Of a stretch of 64,000 nt of DNA, positions 25,729 through 39,110 are shown in pieces. The notes under the pieces are model-generated. The model was not told the DNA's origin. It worked only from the letters and a program-made list of their open reading frames with translations, and did no database searches. Both the position numbers and the translations under genes were made by a program. Within the stretch, counting starts at the first letter, position 1; each line of letters opens with the position of its first letter. The stretch is taken from positions 18,352,001 through 18,416,000 of the forward strand of contig OZ024747.1 of assembly GCA_964016885.1 (NCBI GenBank). The letters are read 5' to 3'. The stretch comes from Eledone cirrhosa (lineage: Eukaryota).

Positions 25729-25995
25729 CTAGAAAAAGAGCCCGTTGTTGCCGGGCCTCACCTTTCGCCACTGTAAATAAAGACCCACCTCTCTCCTCAA
25801 TATGACCATCTTTAAATAGCCCCAGAACTCTGCTATTTTAGTATGTATCAAAATTAATGTATGGAAAAATAAGATAGCCTACGACGCGTAATAGGACTTC
25901 AGAAACCTATGTATGAAATTTGGTGCAAATCGGTTGTAAAATCTAGAAATGCATGCGGTTACGGACACAGACATCTTCTGTTTTATATATAGAGA
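25729..25995 (-). mobile_element. Non-autonomous Helitron (267 bp) nested in a TTAA MITE
   Basis: Minus strand 5' TCTCTATATATAAAA, 3' hairpin GCCCG-gcaacaa-CGGGC then CTAG; inserted between A and T with no TSD; the empty site is visible in the MITE copy at about 9410. Confidence 0.9.
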
Positions 25996-27492
25996 TTATA
26001 TTTTCATGGTAAAAGCTTTACCTCGCATATCTAATCTATGAGATTTTGATATTGTTTATGTTGAGAACAATACCTTAACATCAGTATAAGTGGCTGGTTA
26101 CAGCTGGTTTGAACAGAAACATGAGAGAATTCTGGCTAGATACGGCCAGTTTAAAGGCTAAAGGGTTAAACCAAGCAGAACCCATCTCTCTCTAGGTCTG
26201 AACACAGCCAATTTCTTCCAGAGAAAGAGAAAGAGAGGGTGTGAGTGGGAAAGAAATATGGAGAAATAATTAAATCTAGGACTTGACTGGTACTTTTTTT
26301 ATTGACCTTGAAAGAATGAAAGACAAAGTTGATCTTAGAGAGCACATAGAACCAGAATAAATGCCACAAAACATTCTCTCCAGTATTCTTATGACTGCCA
26401 ATTTGCTATATATTTCTTTTCTTTTTGTTATATTAATGACAAACTCTTAATCTGAGTTCAAATCCCATCGAGATCAACTTTGCCTTTTATTCTTTCTGTA
26501 TTTATAAAATGGACAGGTCCAGGGTGATGAATTGATCTAATTGTTAGGGTATTGGACATGATGCTTTATGGTATTTGTTCTAGCACTGCATTTTTAATTT
26601 TTAATCTTTCTGTGGCCTACTTGGGTGGTAGACTTGATTCATTGCTCAGTTTAACACCCATCACCTGGACCTTGGATGTAGTTAGCAGAGTCCCCTCTGT
26701 TGCAAGCATTTGAACTGACTTCAATTTAAGGATACTTTCTTTTCTCCCTACCATCTTGGAGGCCCTGTAAAAAGCAGGGGTACTGCCCTTCCACCTATCA
26801 GATATGGAAGTCCTGGAAAGGATCATGGGCACTGCTCTTCTCCCCTTGACTAAACTGCAAAAAAAAAAATAAATCCACATTAACCACTGAACCTATTCTT
26901 CCCTTGAAAGTCCTTAAATTGTAGTTATTTTCAAATAAAAGAATTTTTTTTATTGACTTTTGGATACTGTGCATAGTGAATTGTTTATAATAAAAAGGCA
27001 ATACTTCATTTGTGACATGAAAACAATACAAATTTGTGACAACATATTTGATTTTGCAGGTTTATATACTTTAATATTTAAGTATGATACTTATAATTTG
27101 TTGACTATCATTGTTGTAGGTATGACATGAGTACACTGTCTGTAATCTATATCTATGTATTAATAAATGCGAATTTTTATACATGTCTGCATGGCTTTTT
27201 GGTTTATAGACTAGTTGTGAGGGGTACACCTCCAGGAAGCTTAGTCTATAAGCCAGAAAGCCATGCAAACACAGAATGTATTTTTTTTAAGGGCGCTGGA
27301 TCGATAGTATTGACAGCATTGGACACAATACTTTGAAGTATTTAGTTGCAACCTTCTACATTCTGAGTTCAAATCCCACCAAGGTTAAATTTACCCTTCA
27401 TCCTTCTAGAGTCAATAAAATTAATCAGTATTCTCCTTCCTCCAAATTGGTGCCAAAGTTTGAAAGAATTATAGATTGCTTTGTATTTCATT

Positions 27493-27531
<39 letters not shown>

Positions 27532-27619
27532 TACACGCACGCACGCACAGCAGCACCGCCATCACCCTTGGAAGCAGACGTAAAATGATGATATAATTTA
27601 ATTACATAACAAACAACAA

Positions 27620-27706
27620 TATAATTATTTCATTAACAAAGGTTTCAAGAAACTAGATGGTTCTTGCAAGAAACATCTAGTTCAATTGTCAGACAAAATA
27701 ATTATG
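27620..27706 (-). ncRNA. Degenerate minimal hammerhead motif (same family as the 58 kb element)
   Basis: Minus strand: aattattttgt-CTGACAA-long stem II (aactagatg/catctagtt)-GAAAC-cttt-GTTA-atgaaataatt; core G8 is mutated. Confidence 0.55.
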
Positions 27707-27783
27707 TTCTGGATATAAATTTCAAAAATGATATATGTATGTATATATGTATATATATAGTTTTGTTTTTTGTTTTGTTTCAG

Positions 27784-27932
27784 ATATGATAAACTTTGAA
27801 ACTTTGTCACTGTGTCCTAAAGGAGTCAAAGTTGTAAATTGTGCTCGTGGTGGTATAATTGATGAGGGCGGCTTGCTTTTGGCTTTGGAATCTGGTCAAT
27901 GTAGTGGGGCAGCACTTGATGTCTATGAACAG
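27784..27932 (+). CDS. PHGDH: PHGDH exon 6
   Basis: [49 protein letters not shown]|gtatta; catalytic Arg motif NCARGG. Confidence 0.96.
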
Positions 27933-28039
27933 GTATTATTTTTCATGATTAACCCTTTGAATCCTGGTTCCTTGCCATGTGTGCAGCCCTCAACCTTAAG
28001 CCTTTGCAAGAAATTTACTGAAACAATAACATTTGTCAC

Positions 28040-28242
28040 TTAACCCTTTAGCATTTACATCACTCTGTATATACTACTGTATTTTTGTAGTAAAGGCTTT
28101 ATCTCACATAATACTGAATCTACGAGATTTTGATATTTATTTTGAGAATAATATCTTAACATCAGTATGAGGGACCAGTTTGACCAGAAAGAGGTGAGAG
28201 AATTCTGACTGGATAAGGCTGGTTTAAATGCTAAAGGGTTAA
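28040..28242. mobile_element. TTAA MITE family A, clean copy in PHGDH intron 6
   Basis: Perfect TIR TTAACCCTTTAGCATTTA / TAAATGCTAAAGGGTTAA. Confidence 0.88.
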
Positions 28243-28426
28243 ACCTGGAAAAAATAGATAAATTTGCAATATGTGTATTCCAATGCAAATGACCATATGT
28301 TGATCACTATAAATTGCTGATCTTGTGCTAATGTTGGTGGTGGATTGGTAGAATTGTTAGTTTGCAGTATTCAGTTATGCCTTTATATATTTAAAGAGTT
28401 TCTCATTTTTTCTCTTCTCTTTTTAG

Positions 28427-28579
28427 GAACCTCCCACGAATACAAAGTTAATTCAACATGAGAAGGTGATCTGTACTCCACACCTGGGGGCTAGCACTGT
28501 GGAAGCTCAGCAAAGGTGTGGAGAAGATGCAGCTCGGCAAATTGTCAACTTTATTCAAGGCATTGACTACACTGGAGCT
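28427..28579 (+). CDS. PHGDH: PHGDH exon 7
   Basis: EPPTNTKLIQHEKVICTPHLGASTVEAQQRCG..GA|gtatgg; catalytic Glu and His. Confidence 0.96.
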
Positions 28580-29248
28580 GTATGGACATCTTTTATTGTC
28601 TCTTTTGAAATGTATTTTCTCGACTCTTATTATTTTGGTGGATTGGTAGACATGTTAGAGTGTAGGACGAATGCCTAACAGAATTTGTTCCAGATCTTTA
28701 CGTTCTGAGTTCAAAACCTGTTGAGGTCAACTTTAATTTTCTTCCTTCCAGGGTCAATAAAATAAACTACTAATTAAGTATTGGGGTTGATATAATTAAT
28801 TTTTTCTACAAATTACTGGCCTTGTGCCTAAATTACAAATCATAATCATTGAGGCACATATGTAAGGCCAAATCAAAGTGCAGGGAATTAATTGGGCACA
28901 TTGGCAAAGGCATACAATTTTGAAGGGATCTCACATACCTTTTATTCTATTTGGTTACTTGTAAGTACATCATATATTCCACATGTAACTCATACATAAA
29001 TCATATATATTTAGCACTGATTTCTAAAAGACAATTTGAATATTTTTGGTTGCAAACTTTGTAAATTTTATTTTAAAAATTTTTTAGCATGCAACTTGTT
29101 TTTATATTGAAGTAGGGCAAACATCAAACGTTTTGAAGTGTCATGGTGGGGCAGGGAGCAAAAAGGATTAAGAATCGTTGGGGTATACCTTCTTCCAAAT
29201 TTAAGGCCTTGTTCCTTTGTTAAAAATCATTATTCATTCATATTTTAG

Positions 29249-29399
29249 CTCAATGGTTTTGGTATTATGAATGCTTTTGACCCAAAGATTCAACCCTGGA
29301 TGTCTTTAGCTTACAATTTTGGTATCATTATTTGGAAATACATTGAAAAATGTCTTATGACTTCCTTCCAAGATGTAAGACTTGTGGCAAATTTAAAAG
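29249..29399 (+). CDS. PHGDH: PHGDH exon 8
   Basis: ttttag|LNGFGIMNAFDPKIQPWMSLAYNFG..ANLK-G|gtaaat; the phase-1 end matches exon 9. Confidence 0.85.
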
Positions 29400-30329
29400 G
29401 TAAATATACAATGTTCATTTACAATTTCTATCTCTGACATGGAATACAAGCCAAATGTCCAAATATGTTTAATATTTTTTATCTATTTACTAGTTAATTC
29501 TGGAGGAAGTGGCCATGCCTGTGGCATTCACTGACTCTTTGATACTGGTGAGATTGATGCTGTTGATGTTCCATCTAACCCATTAGCATTTTTACATTAC
29601 TCAATATTTACTATTATATTTTCCCAGTAAATGCTTTACCTCACATAATATCGAATCTATGAGATTTTGATATTCATGTTGAGAATAATACCTTCTCATC
29701 AGTGTAAGCGGCCAGTGTGGGAGAAGAGGTGGGAGAATTCTGGCCAGATACGGCCGGTTTAAATGCTAAAGGCTTAAACTCTTGCAAGATATTACCTGTA
29801 GAAGAGAATTTAGTGGTTTTTGTTTTGGATGGGAAAGACTGGGTGCAGTGGTTAGTGCAGGTCCTTGGGAGGTTGCATATAACATGAGTGATGAGAGGAT
29901 GAGAAACAAGTTAGAATGCCTGAGTGAATGTGGCAGAAAGCCAGCCAGCTCAGAAGAGCAGAAGCATATTTTGGGGGTGACGGGAACGTTTCAAGCATCG
30001 TCATTTTACATGTTGGATAAGTTTTTAGCCTCATTTTGCTCGTGTTTCGCATTTGGTGTGGTTTCTACAGCTGGAGGCCTCGGCCATTAAAGACTAGTGG
30101 GGTTTTTTTTTGGGGGGGGGGGGGGGGGTACAGAATGTACTGTTTGTTTGGTTTATTTGTTGCACCAACACTAGAGAGTTGTCACTTGCTCATTTAGACT
30201 GAAGAGGCTTTCAAACCCTATGTCTCCATTTGATTGCCACCACTGACCTTCATTCCTTCCTAGTGGGGACTATGTTAGGTCGGAGGATTTCTTTTTTTTT
30301 TACTAATGACTTGTGAAATTTAATTTCAG

Positions 30330-30454
30330 GTTGTGGATTGAAGACATTGAAGGATAGTATCATTGGTGCTTTTTACACTGGTATCTTGAAAGAAAATAAC
30401 AGAAGTGTTAATTTGGTCAATGCTCAGAAGATCTTTGATCAGAACAAAATGCAG
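30330..30454 (+). CDS. PHGDH: PHGDH exon 9
   Basis: ttcag|..GILKENNRSVNLVNAQKIFDQNKMQ|gtaaat; conserved VNLVNA motif. Confidence 0.88.
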
Positions 30455-30556
30455 GTAAATTTAACCTTTTTGATACTAACTTGCTTGTGACTGCCTGTGG
30501 TTCTATCAGTAACTACATTTTTTGATTTGCAAACAATTATTATTATTATTATTTAG

Positions 30557-30773
30557 GTTCAGGTGAACTATGAAGAATCTACAACAGCCCTATTTTCTGT
30601 TGATATTATGTTGAAGGAGACAGTTGTCTGGAAAATTGGTGGAACTTCCCAAGGATATGATCCAACAATTGTTTATATTGGGAACTCTAATCTCACATAC
30701 CCTCTCTCTCTCAAAGATACTATGTTATTTTTTCCAATCAATAATCGGACCAAAATCATTGAACAGTTAATTC
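30557..30773 (+). CDS. PHGDH: PHGDH exon 10
   Basis: Open frame VQVNYEE..KIGGTSQGYDPTIVYIG..EQLI|gtaagt; alternative in-frame acceptor at 30563. Confidence 0.8.
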
Positions 30774-31501
30774 GTAAGTACACACTGACCAATTATCTTC
30801 AGATTCTTTATTTAAATTTTTTGTTAGAATTTCCTAACCAAGGCATGTTGGTGTTTTTAAGAAGCTTACCTTAGCAATTGTGTGGTTATGGGTTCAATTC
30901 CATTGTTTGACACACAACCTAAGAGCCTTCTATCATAGACTTAAGTTGACCAAAATTTTGTTAATGAGCTTTGGTTGGCAGAAAGTGATATCATCCAATA
31001 TTTTTCCCAAATGACAGTAGCGTCATATTCATAAGGAGTGCCTCCAAAATATAAAGGATTTTTGAAAGAAGCAGAAAAAAACAAATGAAAAATACAAGCA
31101 AAAGTACATGGTGAATTTTGATTTGGATATTTCAGTTTTAGATAGTGATTGCAATGACTGACAATAACAGTGATACTGATAATGTGCTATTTTCCCAGAA
31201 GAATAGTGAAAATTTTCAAATTTCTCTTTTAAGTCTTTCTGAAAAGACAGGACTTAGTCATAGTCTTTCTGATGATACATTTGTTGGTCTTCCAAAAAAC
31301 CTTGCTTAGGCTTGCTCATTGAAAATATTTCCAGGTGTATCTTACAAGACATAGAGGTCCTGAGATGATGGGAGTTCCTCCTCTTACTGTAATGAGCAAT
31401 ACTTATTCTGTGATACCTGGACGGATTGAACGACTTATAATACTTTAATACTTTATGAGAATGTTTTCGTTTTCTTTAACTTTATTTTTTTTTTTTTTTA
31501 G

Positions 31502-31680
31502 AGAAACAAGATATGTGTGGAAACTCTTTCTCTTCCATAATCATGCCACATGAAAAGAAAAATGAAAGCTGGGGTGTGGTTACTGCTTGTGGAAAGCTGG
31601 ATATTTCAAAGTGTGGAGATGCATTTGGAATAAGTTTCCAAGTGTCCGTCTGTCCTCTTTCAGAGGTATTACCATTTTAA
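31502..31680 (+). CDS. PHGDH: PHGDH exon 11 (last)
   Basis: Poly-T plus ag acceptor, phase 1, QKQDMCGNSF..ESWGVV..EVLPF*. Total CDS is 1614 nt = 537 aa, the size of an animal type I PHGDH. Confidence 0.75.
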
Positions 31681-31756
31681 ACAGTTAAGATGTATTCAAT
31701 TGATGGTTGTGTGAACATGTTGCTAAAAACTGCCATTTTAGTTACTTATTATTAAT

Positions 31757-32440
31757 CCCGCCTTACGGGGTCGATAAAATAAAGTACCAGTCATGCACTG
31801 GAGTTGATTTAATTGACTTTCCCCTCTCCCAAAATTGCTGGCTTTGTGCCTATATAAGAAACCATTATTATTATTGTATTTTAGGGCGGTGGATCAGCCG
31901 TATCGTTAGAGCATCAGACACCATGCTTTGCAGCATAGTTATGGCCCTTTCGTTCCGAGGTTAACTTTGCCTTTCATCTTTACGGGGTCGATAAAATAAA
32001 GCACCAGTAATGCACTGGGATCAGTTTAATCGACTTTCCCCTCCCTCAAAATTGCTGGCCCTGTGGCGAAAGTAGAAACAGTTATTGTTATTGTACTTTG
32101 CTTACCTTGCCAAATTTCTGGTCTTGTGCCAATTTTACATTATAATTATTATTATTATTATTATTGAAGGTGGTTGATTAGTAGAATGGTTAGACCGTCA
32201 AACAAAATGCTTTGTGGTATTTATTCTGGTTCTTTATATTCAGAGTTCAAATCCTGCTGAGGTCAAATATATCTTTTACCCTTCCAGGGATAAAATATAG
32301 TACCAGATAAGTACTGGTGTTGATTTAATCAACTTTCCCCTTCCTTTAAAATTGCTGGCCTGTGCCAAGTCTAGAACAATTGTTTTAGAGAATGGTGGAT
32401 TGGCAGTACTGGAGCATCAGACAAAATACTTTGCAGGATT
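31757..32440 (+). mobile_element. Tandem SINE cluster immediately 3' of the PHGDH stop
   Basis: Three to four partial or complete units of the same SINE. Confidence 0.85.
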
Positions 32441-32722
32441 TAGTTTGTTGTTGAAAATGTTTGACAACTAAATAGTGCAAAAATTTTTTATCTATATTCC
32501 ATTAAATGTTATGCAGCAGTATCTCATCAAAGTTGATGTTTTTAGTTCTTCTCAAATTGATAAAATAAATACTTGTCAAGTAACTAGTTGTTGTTATAAC
32601 TCACACCTGTGCTGGTTTAGCTGGCCTCCAATGAAGTTTCATCTCATAGGAGGTTTCTTGCTATCAAACAACCTTCGATTCTATGGTACAAAATTGCTTG
32701 TTTTAAAATGATCATCACAGTG

Positions 32723-32754
<32 letters not shown>

Positions 32755-34249
32755 TTTTTTTTTCAAATCTGGCATGGGTTGGACTGGACTTTTTGAGGCA
32801 CTGTTTTAGTCAGATGGCCTTCCAGACGCTAACCCATTTAGTTGCTTCTTATGACACAGGAATACAGTGTCATCATCATCATCATAATTTTACGTCCGCT
32901 TTTCCCTGTTTGCAAGGGTGAGACGGGAACTGATTCTGGCTTGATTTCTACAGCTGGATGCCCTTCCTAACACCAACCTCATTTACAGTGAGTGCTGGGT
33001 GCTTTTTTGCCGTGGCACCTCCGCAACCACTTTGCAGTGGAATGATAGGGACCCCAGTCCCTATCATCTCATTTCTACAGCTGAGTAAACTGGAGCAATG
33101 TGAAATAAAGTGTCTTGCTCAAGGAAACAACACATCACCCGGTCTGAGAATTGAACTCACAACCTTTCAAGTGCAAGGCTAATGCTCTAACCACTAAGCC
33201 ATATGCCTCCATCAGTGTATCTATTCTAAACTGGAATGACGAAATCTAAAAACATTCCATCATAATTTTATGTAAGAACCTTTTTGAAGGTATATTCCAA
33301 ACACCAGCTTAATAATATGAAAGTTTTCCTAAATTCTTAAGTCTTGATTATTTTCAAAATTATTTGAAAATCATGGGCAGTTTCTATCACTAGAAATATG
33401 ACAAAGGGTTAAATTATAGAGGCTTCAGTTCTAGCATATCACCATTTTCCCTGTGACAGGGTGGAATTTGAACCCAGAATATGTTTGGAACAGATACTGT
33501 AGTGCATCCCATCTGACACTGGGATTAATAAATTAAGTACCAGTTGTATACAGAATTCATTTCTACCAAATATATCATCGTTTTTATGTCTGCTTTTCCG
33601 TGCCTTATAGGTTGGACATGTCATTTTCAACACAGCATCACTCTACTCATTGTGTTGCTTCATCTTCTTTGTGAGTTTCAGCCATTTGTAATTTGCTCAC
33701 CACCTCCACCCAGGTTTTCCTTGGTCTGCCTCTACTGTGGTTTCCTTCTTCTGGGATTTCCTGGCACTTCTTCACCCAGCAATCATCATCCATGCATATC
33801 ACATGTCCATACCGACACAGTCTTCTCATACACACCACTTGATGATCACTGGGTGAAGAAGTGCCAAGAAATCCCAGTGGAAGAAAGCTGTAGTAGAGAA
33901 AGACAAAAGAAAACCTGGGTGGAAGTGGTGAGATCTGATCTCAAATAACTGAAGCTATGAGTGGAAGGTTTTTTTTTTTTTTTTTTTTTCCATTTCACAA
34001 AACATGAACCTAATAAAACCTTTTGTAATTGTTCTGTTTGTTTTCACTTTTTTATAGTTGACCTTACATTACATTATCATTTTATGTCTGCTTGCATGGG
34101 TTGGACAGGTCTCAGTTATTTGAGATCAGATCTCACTGCTTCTGCCCAGGTGTTTGTTGGTCTTCTACTGCAGCTTCCTTCCACTGGGATTTCTTGGCAT
34201 TTGTGCAGGCATGATCACTGGGTGAACATCACCTGTCCATACCAGTAGA

Positions 34250-35328
34250 AATAACAGATTAAAGTTTAAGCAAAGAATCGCTGCTTTCACCCTTAACGGG
34301 ATCTGAAACTAAAAAAAATCAATCTGTGAATGCAAAAGTAAATATTTCGAAAAACGTTGCAACCGAAGGAAAACGAAGACGATACTTTGGTTCATGAAGA
34401 CGTTCCCTGGCAATGAAGGGAAAAAAAGCGAAGATAATACGTCAGCAATGAGAACTATTTGCTCTAGGGTTCTTATATATTTGATATATATTTAACCTTA
34501 TCGAGCCCTCTTTGGATTTTAGTCTTCACAGTTATTATTATTACTAATTATATATATATATATATAATTAATTATTGAGAGGGCGTGCGGTATTTTGCAC
34601 TGAATTAATTAAAAGATGATTAGAAGCGAAGTCAATGCTGACACGGATATTATAAGCGTGCGATGTTATAGCTATGTATCTAATGCAGACAGTCAGACAT
34701 ACAGACATATTATAAGGGTGCGACGTTATAGCTATATATCTATCTAAAAAGACAGACTAAGAAAGATAGAGGAATGTCATATAACCGGAAGTGTTGACAT
34801 TTGAAAATTTTAAAGTGAATATTTAAATAAACAAAATATCTTTAATCTTTTAACAAAATTTAGAAGACAAAAAAAATACCCTCACTTTCTTACTTGAAAA
34901 AGTTACATCTATGGTGCTTTTTGGTCCAGCCGTTTGGCGAAAACTTTGTTACATATATACAGCCGTCGGCTTTATAATATAGATATATAATAAAGTACCA
35001 GTAATGTAGTCAGCTTTATTAATATAGATTGAGATTGACAATATACATACAAATTTAATCCATGATACATTTTTAAAAAAGACGATATATATATATAAAC
35101 TGCAAAATATATGAATGTTTATTTAAGCGATCGCTAACCGGAAGTGTTGATATTTGAAAATTTTAAAGAAGTGAATTTTTAAATAAACAAATTATCTTTA
35201 ATCAAGAAAAACAAAATTTAGTAGACAAAGATACCCTCACTTTCTTCTTTGGAAAAAGTTACATATTTGGTGCTGTTTTGTCAAAAGTTTGTTACATACA
35301 TACGGCCGTCAGCTTTATTAATATAGAT
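34250..35328 (-). mobile_element. Composite Helitron-like element with repeated 5' termini
   Basis: Minus-strand TCTATATT(A)ATAAAGCYGAC termini at about 34984, 35029 and 35328; duplicated block 34782-34984/35135-35328; left part repeated at 40218-40430; middle part shared with 46535-46620. Confidence 0.55.
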
Positions 35329-37610
35329 AATTTGTGGCAGCTACTTCATTGGATGTGTCGTATTAGTGTGCATCACAAGTGAAATGAGAAAAATGTGTAT
35401 AAGATAAATTGAATGTAGCATGCAAGAGAGTATTGCGCCTGTATGGGCATGTGATGTGTAAGGCGAGCAAGAAAAAAAGTGCTTAAAGTGGATGGAACAT
35501 GTAAAAGAGAGAGAGAGAGAGACTAAGTAAGATGTGGGGACAGTTGCGAAGAAGGTCCTCAAAAGATTGAACCTCATGAAAATGAGATGACACATTACCA
35601 AGCAAACTGATGATATGCCAAAATATAAAAGACAAGTATAAGCATGGTAGCACTAAAAGTAAACAAGAGACAATGGTGGCTACAGTGTTTGACAATGAAA
35701 TGGGGACAATTTAGAGTCTGAGAGGACTTTTCAATCTGGATGAGCATATATGACAACCTCTCTTGGGTTGGTACCATGATAAAACATATTCAGTCCATTG
35801 TAAAGTGGTAGAGCTGGTGCCCAGATAAAATGGACCCAGTTCATTCTATAAAGAGGCAATCTTGGTTCCACAAAAAACAGTCACCTTGTACACTTGGTTG
35901 GTGTGAGGAAGAGCATACAGCAATAGAAACTATGCCAAACTGGAATCTATGAGCAAGATGTTAGCTAACCTGTTTAGTCTCAAAACTTTTCAACCCAATG
36001 CAACATGCCTGACTCCCACTATCCTGTATGATGCTGTCCACATAAAATGTCTTTAGTCTTGTTTATATCCACCTGTCTCTATTTCTCTTCTCTACTACAA
36101 CCCCACTTCTGAGCACCCAGTCATTACTTGGTGTTTCTCTTCCATGACAGAAGAAGAATATGTGTGGAAATAATGGTTTCTTATATAGGCACAAGGCCAG
36201 CAAATTTGGGAGAGGGGGAAAGTCGATTAAATTGATCCCAGTGCATGACTGGTACTTTATTTTATCGACCCTGTAAAGATGAATGGCAAAATTAACCTCG
36301 GCGGGATTTTAACTCAGATCATAAAGGGCCGTAACTCTATGCTTCAAAGCATGGTGTCAGACTCAACTGATACTGCCAATCCACCGCCCTAGATATGTGC
36401 AGAAATAATGAAAGTTGGTCTCGAGGAAATGAACCACAGAAAGGAGATGACAGAAAAGAAGCAAGCAGGGAGACAATGTGTTGGAGAAGACTAGTCTAAC
36501 CCATACAATTCATGGAAAAATAAAGCAAAAATAAGGTTTGCTCCATTGTATGTGAAACACATCTTTGCTTAATTTCATAATCCTTATACTCCATTCCGTT
36601 GGGTACTCTCTCTCCAGCCTTTATACTTCTTACTGAATCAGAAACCAAAATGCTTACATTCTTCTTCTCATTTGTACATCTTACAGTTTGTTTGTAGCAA
36701 CTGAAAAAAAAGGGAAAAAGAAAAAAATTATCAGTTTCACTCCCTGCTTCTACTCTATTTCCATTTCGTAAATAATAAACACACGTAAACCTATGAAGAT
36801 GGAGGCTATAGTTGTTGAAGTGCATGGCTTAGTGTTTAGAGCGGTGAGCATACAATCATGAGGTTGTGAGTTCAATTCCCATACTGAGCAATGTGTTATG
36901 AGCATGACACTTAATTTCACATTCCTCCAGCTCACTTAGCTGTAGAAATGAGTTTGGAGAGCAAACGTAAATCTGCTCTCCAAACAAGCAAGTCAATCTG
37001 ATTGATTTTTAAGTCTCTCATAGGGTTTCTCCCTTTATAATGGGTCTTTAAGCCCGAAAATATTTGGGATCGTTAAATTTGCTACGGTAAGATTCTTTTG
37101 TTTTCTTGGTGATCTAATGTCCTCCATAACGCATTGTTTGGCTTTCAAAATTTAAATTTGTTTCCTATTCAACAATGCTTCAAGCAAGCTAAAAATACTC
37201 TGTTGTGTGTATATATATGAGAGTCGGATTCACAAATGTGAGGTAGTGGGCTTGATTCTCAGACCAGGCAATAGTTTGTCTTAGAGTAAGACAATTTATT
37301 TATCATTGCTCCAGTTGGGGAAATGACTGGTATCCATGGATAACTGCTAGTCTTCCACAAAAACTCAAAAGTTATATCACTCATTATAGCACTTCTAGAT
37401 TTCAAATTGTATTTATTGTTAGCAATAAAAAATCTTGTTTTCCCTTACCGTTTTGAGTTAATACATTCCTGCTTACATTTTTTTCTGAAAAATGAAAAAA
37501 ACAATTTACAGCATTACCAATTTCTCACCCCAATTCATACTTTATTTCCATTTCATATTGTAACCTTCCCTAATACATGCAAACATATGTGTGTGTATTA
37601 TATATATAAA

Positions 37611-38529
37611 CTAGCTGAATTACCCGGCGTTGCCTGGGTTACTGGTGTTCTTATTCAGATTAATAAACAATAAATATGAAGATATGTTTTTTTTTTCTCA
37701 TAATTATTTCAAAATATCTATATTTTATTAAAAAAAAATATCAAAATTGTAATGTTAATAGAATTTAGAAATGAAAATCTGTCTATCTTGAAACACCTTA
37801 GGGTAAACAATATTCATTATGTAATTTTTTGTTGGTGTCCAAATGAATAAATTGTTGCTACACACTCAAACACATACACTCTCACATACATATACTAAGA
37901 CAGACATACATTCACGCAGACACACGCATAGCTTTTCACCTCATTTTTTTGACAGTCACTACATATGTATAGATGTGTGTGTGTATTTAATAACGTACTT
38001 AATGAACATGCACACACACACTCACAGACACATACATATTCATATACAAAATGTGACGTGGTTGTGTTGTTTTCGATTGTTTTAATCCAAATGAAAATAA
38101 AAATTATTACACATACATTCACACACACTGTCACATACTCACATACATACACTAAGACAGATTCACACAGACATACATTCACGCACACCTATCTGTCATC
38201 ACATATGTATCGGTATGTGTAGATGTGTGTGTGTGTTTAATTGTCTATATGTATGTGTAGATGTGTGTGTTTAATTGTCTGAGGCCTAACATATGTAACG
38301 AACTTGCAAACACACATACACACTCATATACAATGTGAAATCGTGGTGGTGGTTTACTATAGAAAGGTTATTTTAGATAAAATATTGTAATGTTTTAATC
38401 CAAATGAAAATAAAAATTACATGTTGACACTCCCGGGGTCTAGAAAAATTTGATTTGATTTGGTCCTGCCGTTAGAGAATGCATAGGAACAGACAGTCAG
38501 AGAGACAAAGAATTTTATATATAGAGAGA
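37611..38529 (-). mobile_element. Non-autonomous Helitron (919 bp) with internal CA-rich duplications
   Basis: Minus strand 5' TCTCTCTATATATAAAATTC, 3' hairpin ACCCAGGCAACGCCGGGT then CTAG; A|T insertion site. Confidence 0.85.
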
Positions 38530-38672
38530 TGAATTAGACACTTACCTTTTACACTTTCCTGTTATAATGATTGGGAACTTTTCTTCAAATTTTACTATCT
38601 TGTAAAATTTATCACTTAAATGGTGGTACTTTCTAGATATAAACAAAATAAGTGAAACATTTATTTGTTTTA

Positions 38673-39110
38673 AATAATAATAAGGACTTCTTTATTACCC
38701 ACAAAGGGATTGCATGAAGAAAACGTTAAGGACAGTGCAGGATGATACAATGTGGGTTTTTAACGTGTAAAAAATGTTTAACAGAAAACAACAAACATGC
38801 AAAAAATATTCAAACAAAAAGTTTCGCAATAGAGGGAAGTCTTCTGAGTCACTTGTGGAAAAAGCCCTGGCCACTCTGCCAACTGTCCTCCTCTAATCTA
38901 TAGATGCATAGTTAGAGCAGGCCTGTTTATTTGGAACATACTACTCTCATCACCTCTCAATAAACTGGTTGGAAGGCAGCACTTCCCTCTCCACTCTGAT
39001 ATTCCTTTTCAAATGAAACTTAAAAAAGTTAATCAGGGTCTCACTGAATCAGAAAATGCTTGTTCTCAGCTATTTCATCCACTTCCACCACACATCTTTT
39101 ACCATGGCTA
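38673..39110 (-). mobile_element. Old decayed 3' end of a related Tx1/L1-like element
   Basis: Minus-strand translation AMVKDVWW..TLINFFKFHLKRNIRVEREVL aligns by eye with the C-terminus of the 44.6-46.3 kb element. Confidence 0.65.

Noticed and set aside
3128-31680. Functional clustering of a PLP/phosphoethanolamine phosphatase with PHGDH
   Set aside because: The genes are 13 kb apart in an animal genome; adjacency alone is not evidence without synteny or co-expression data.
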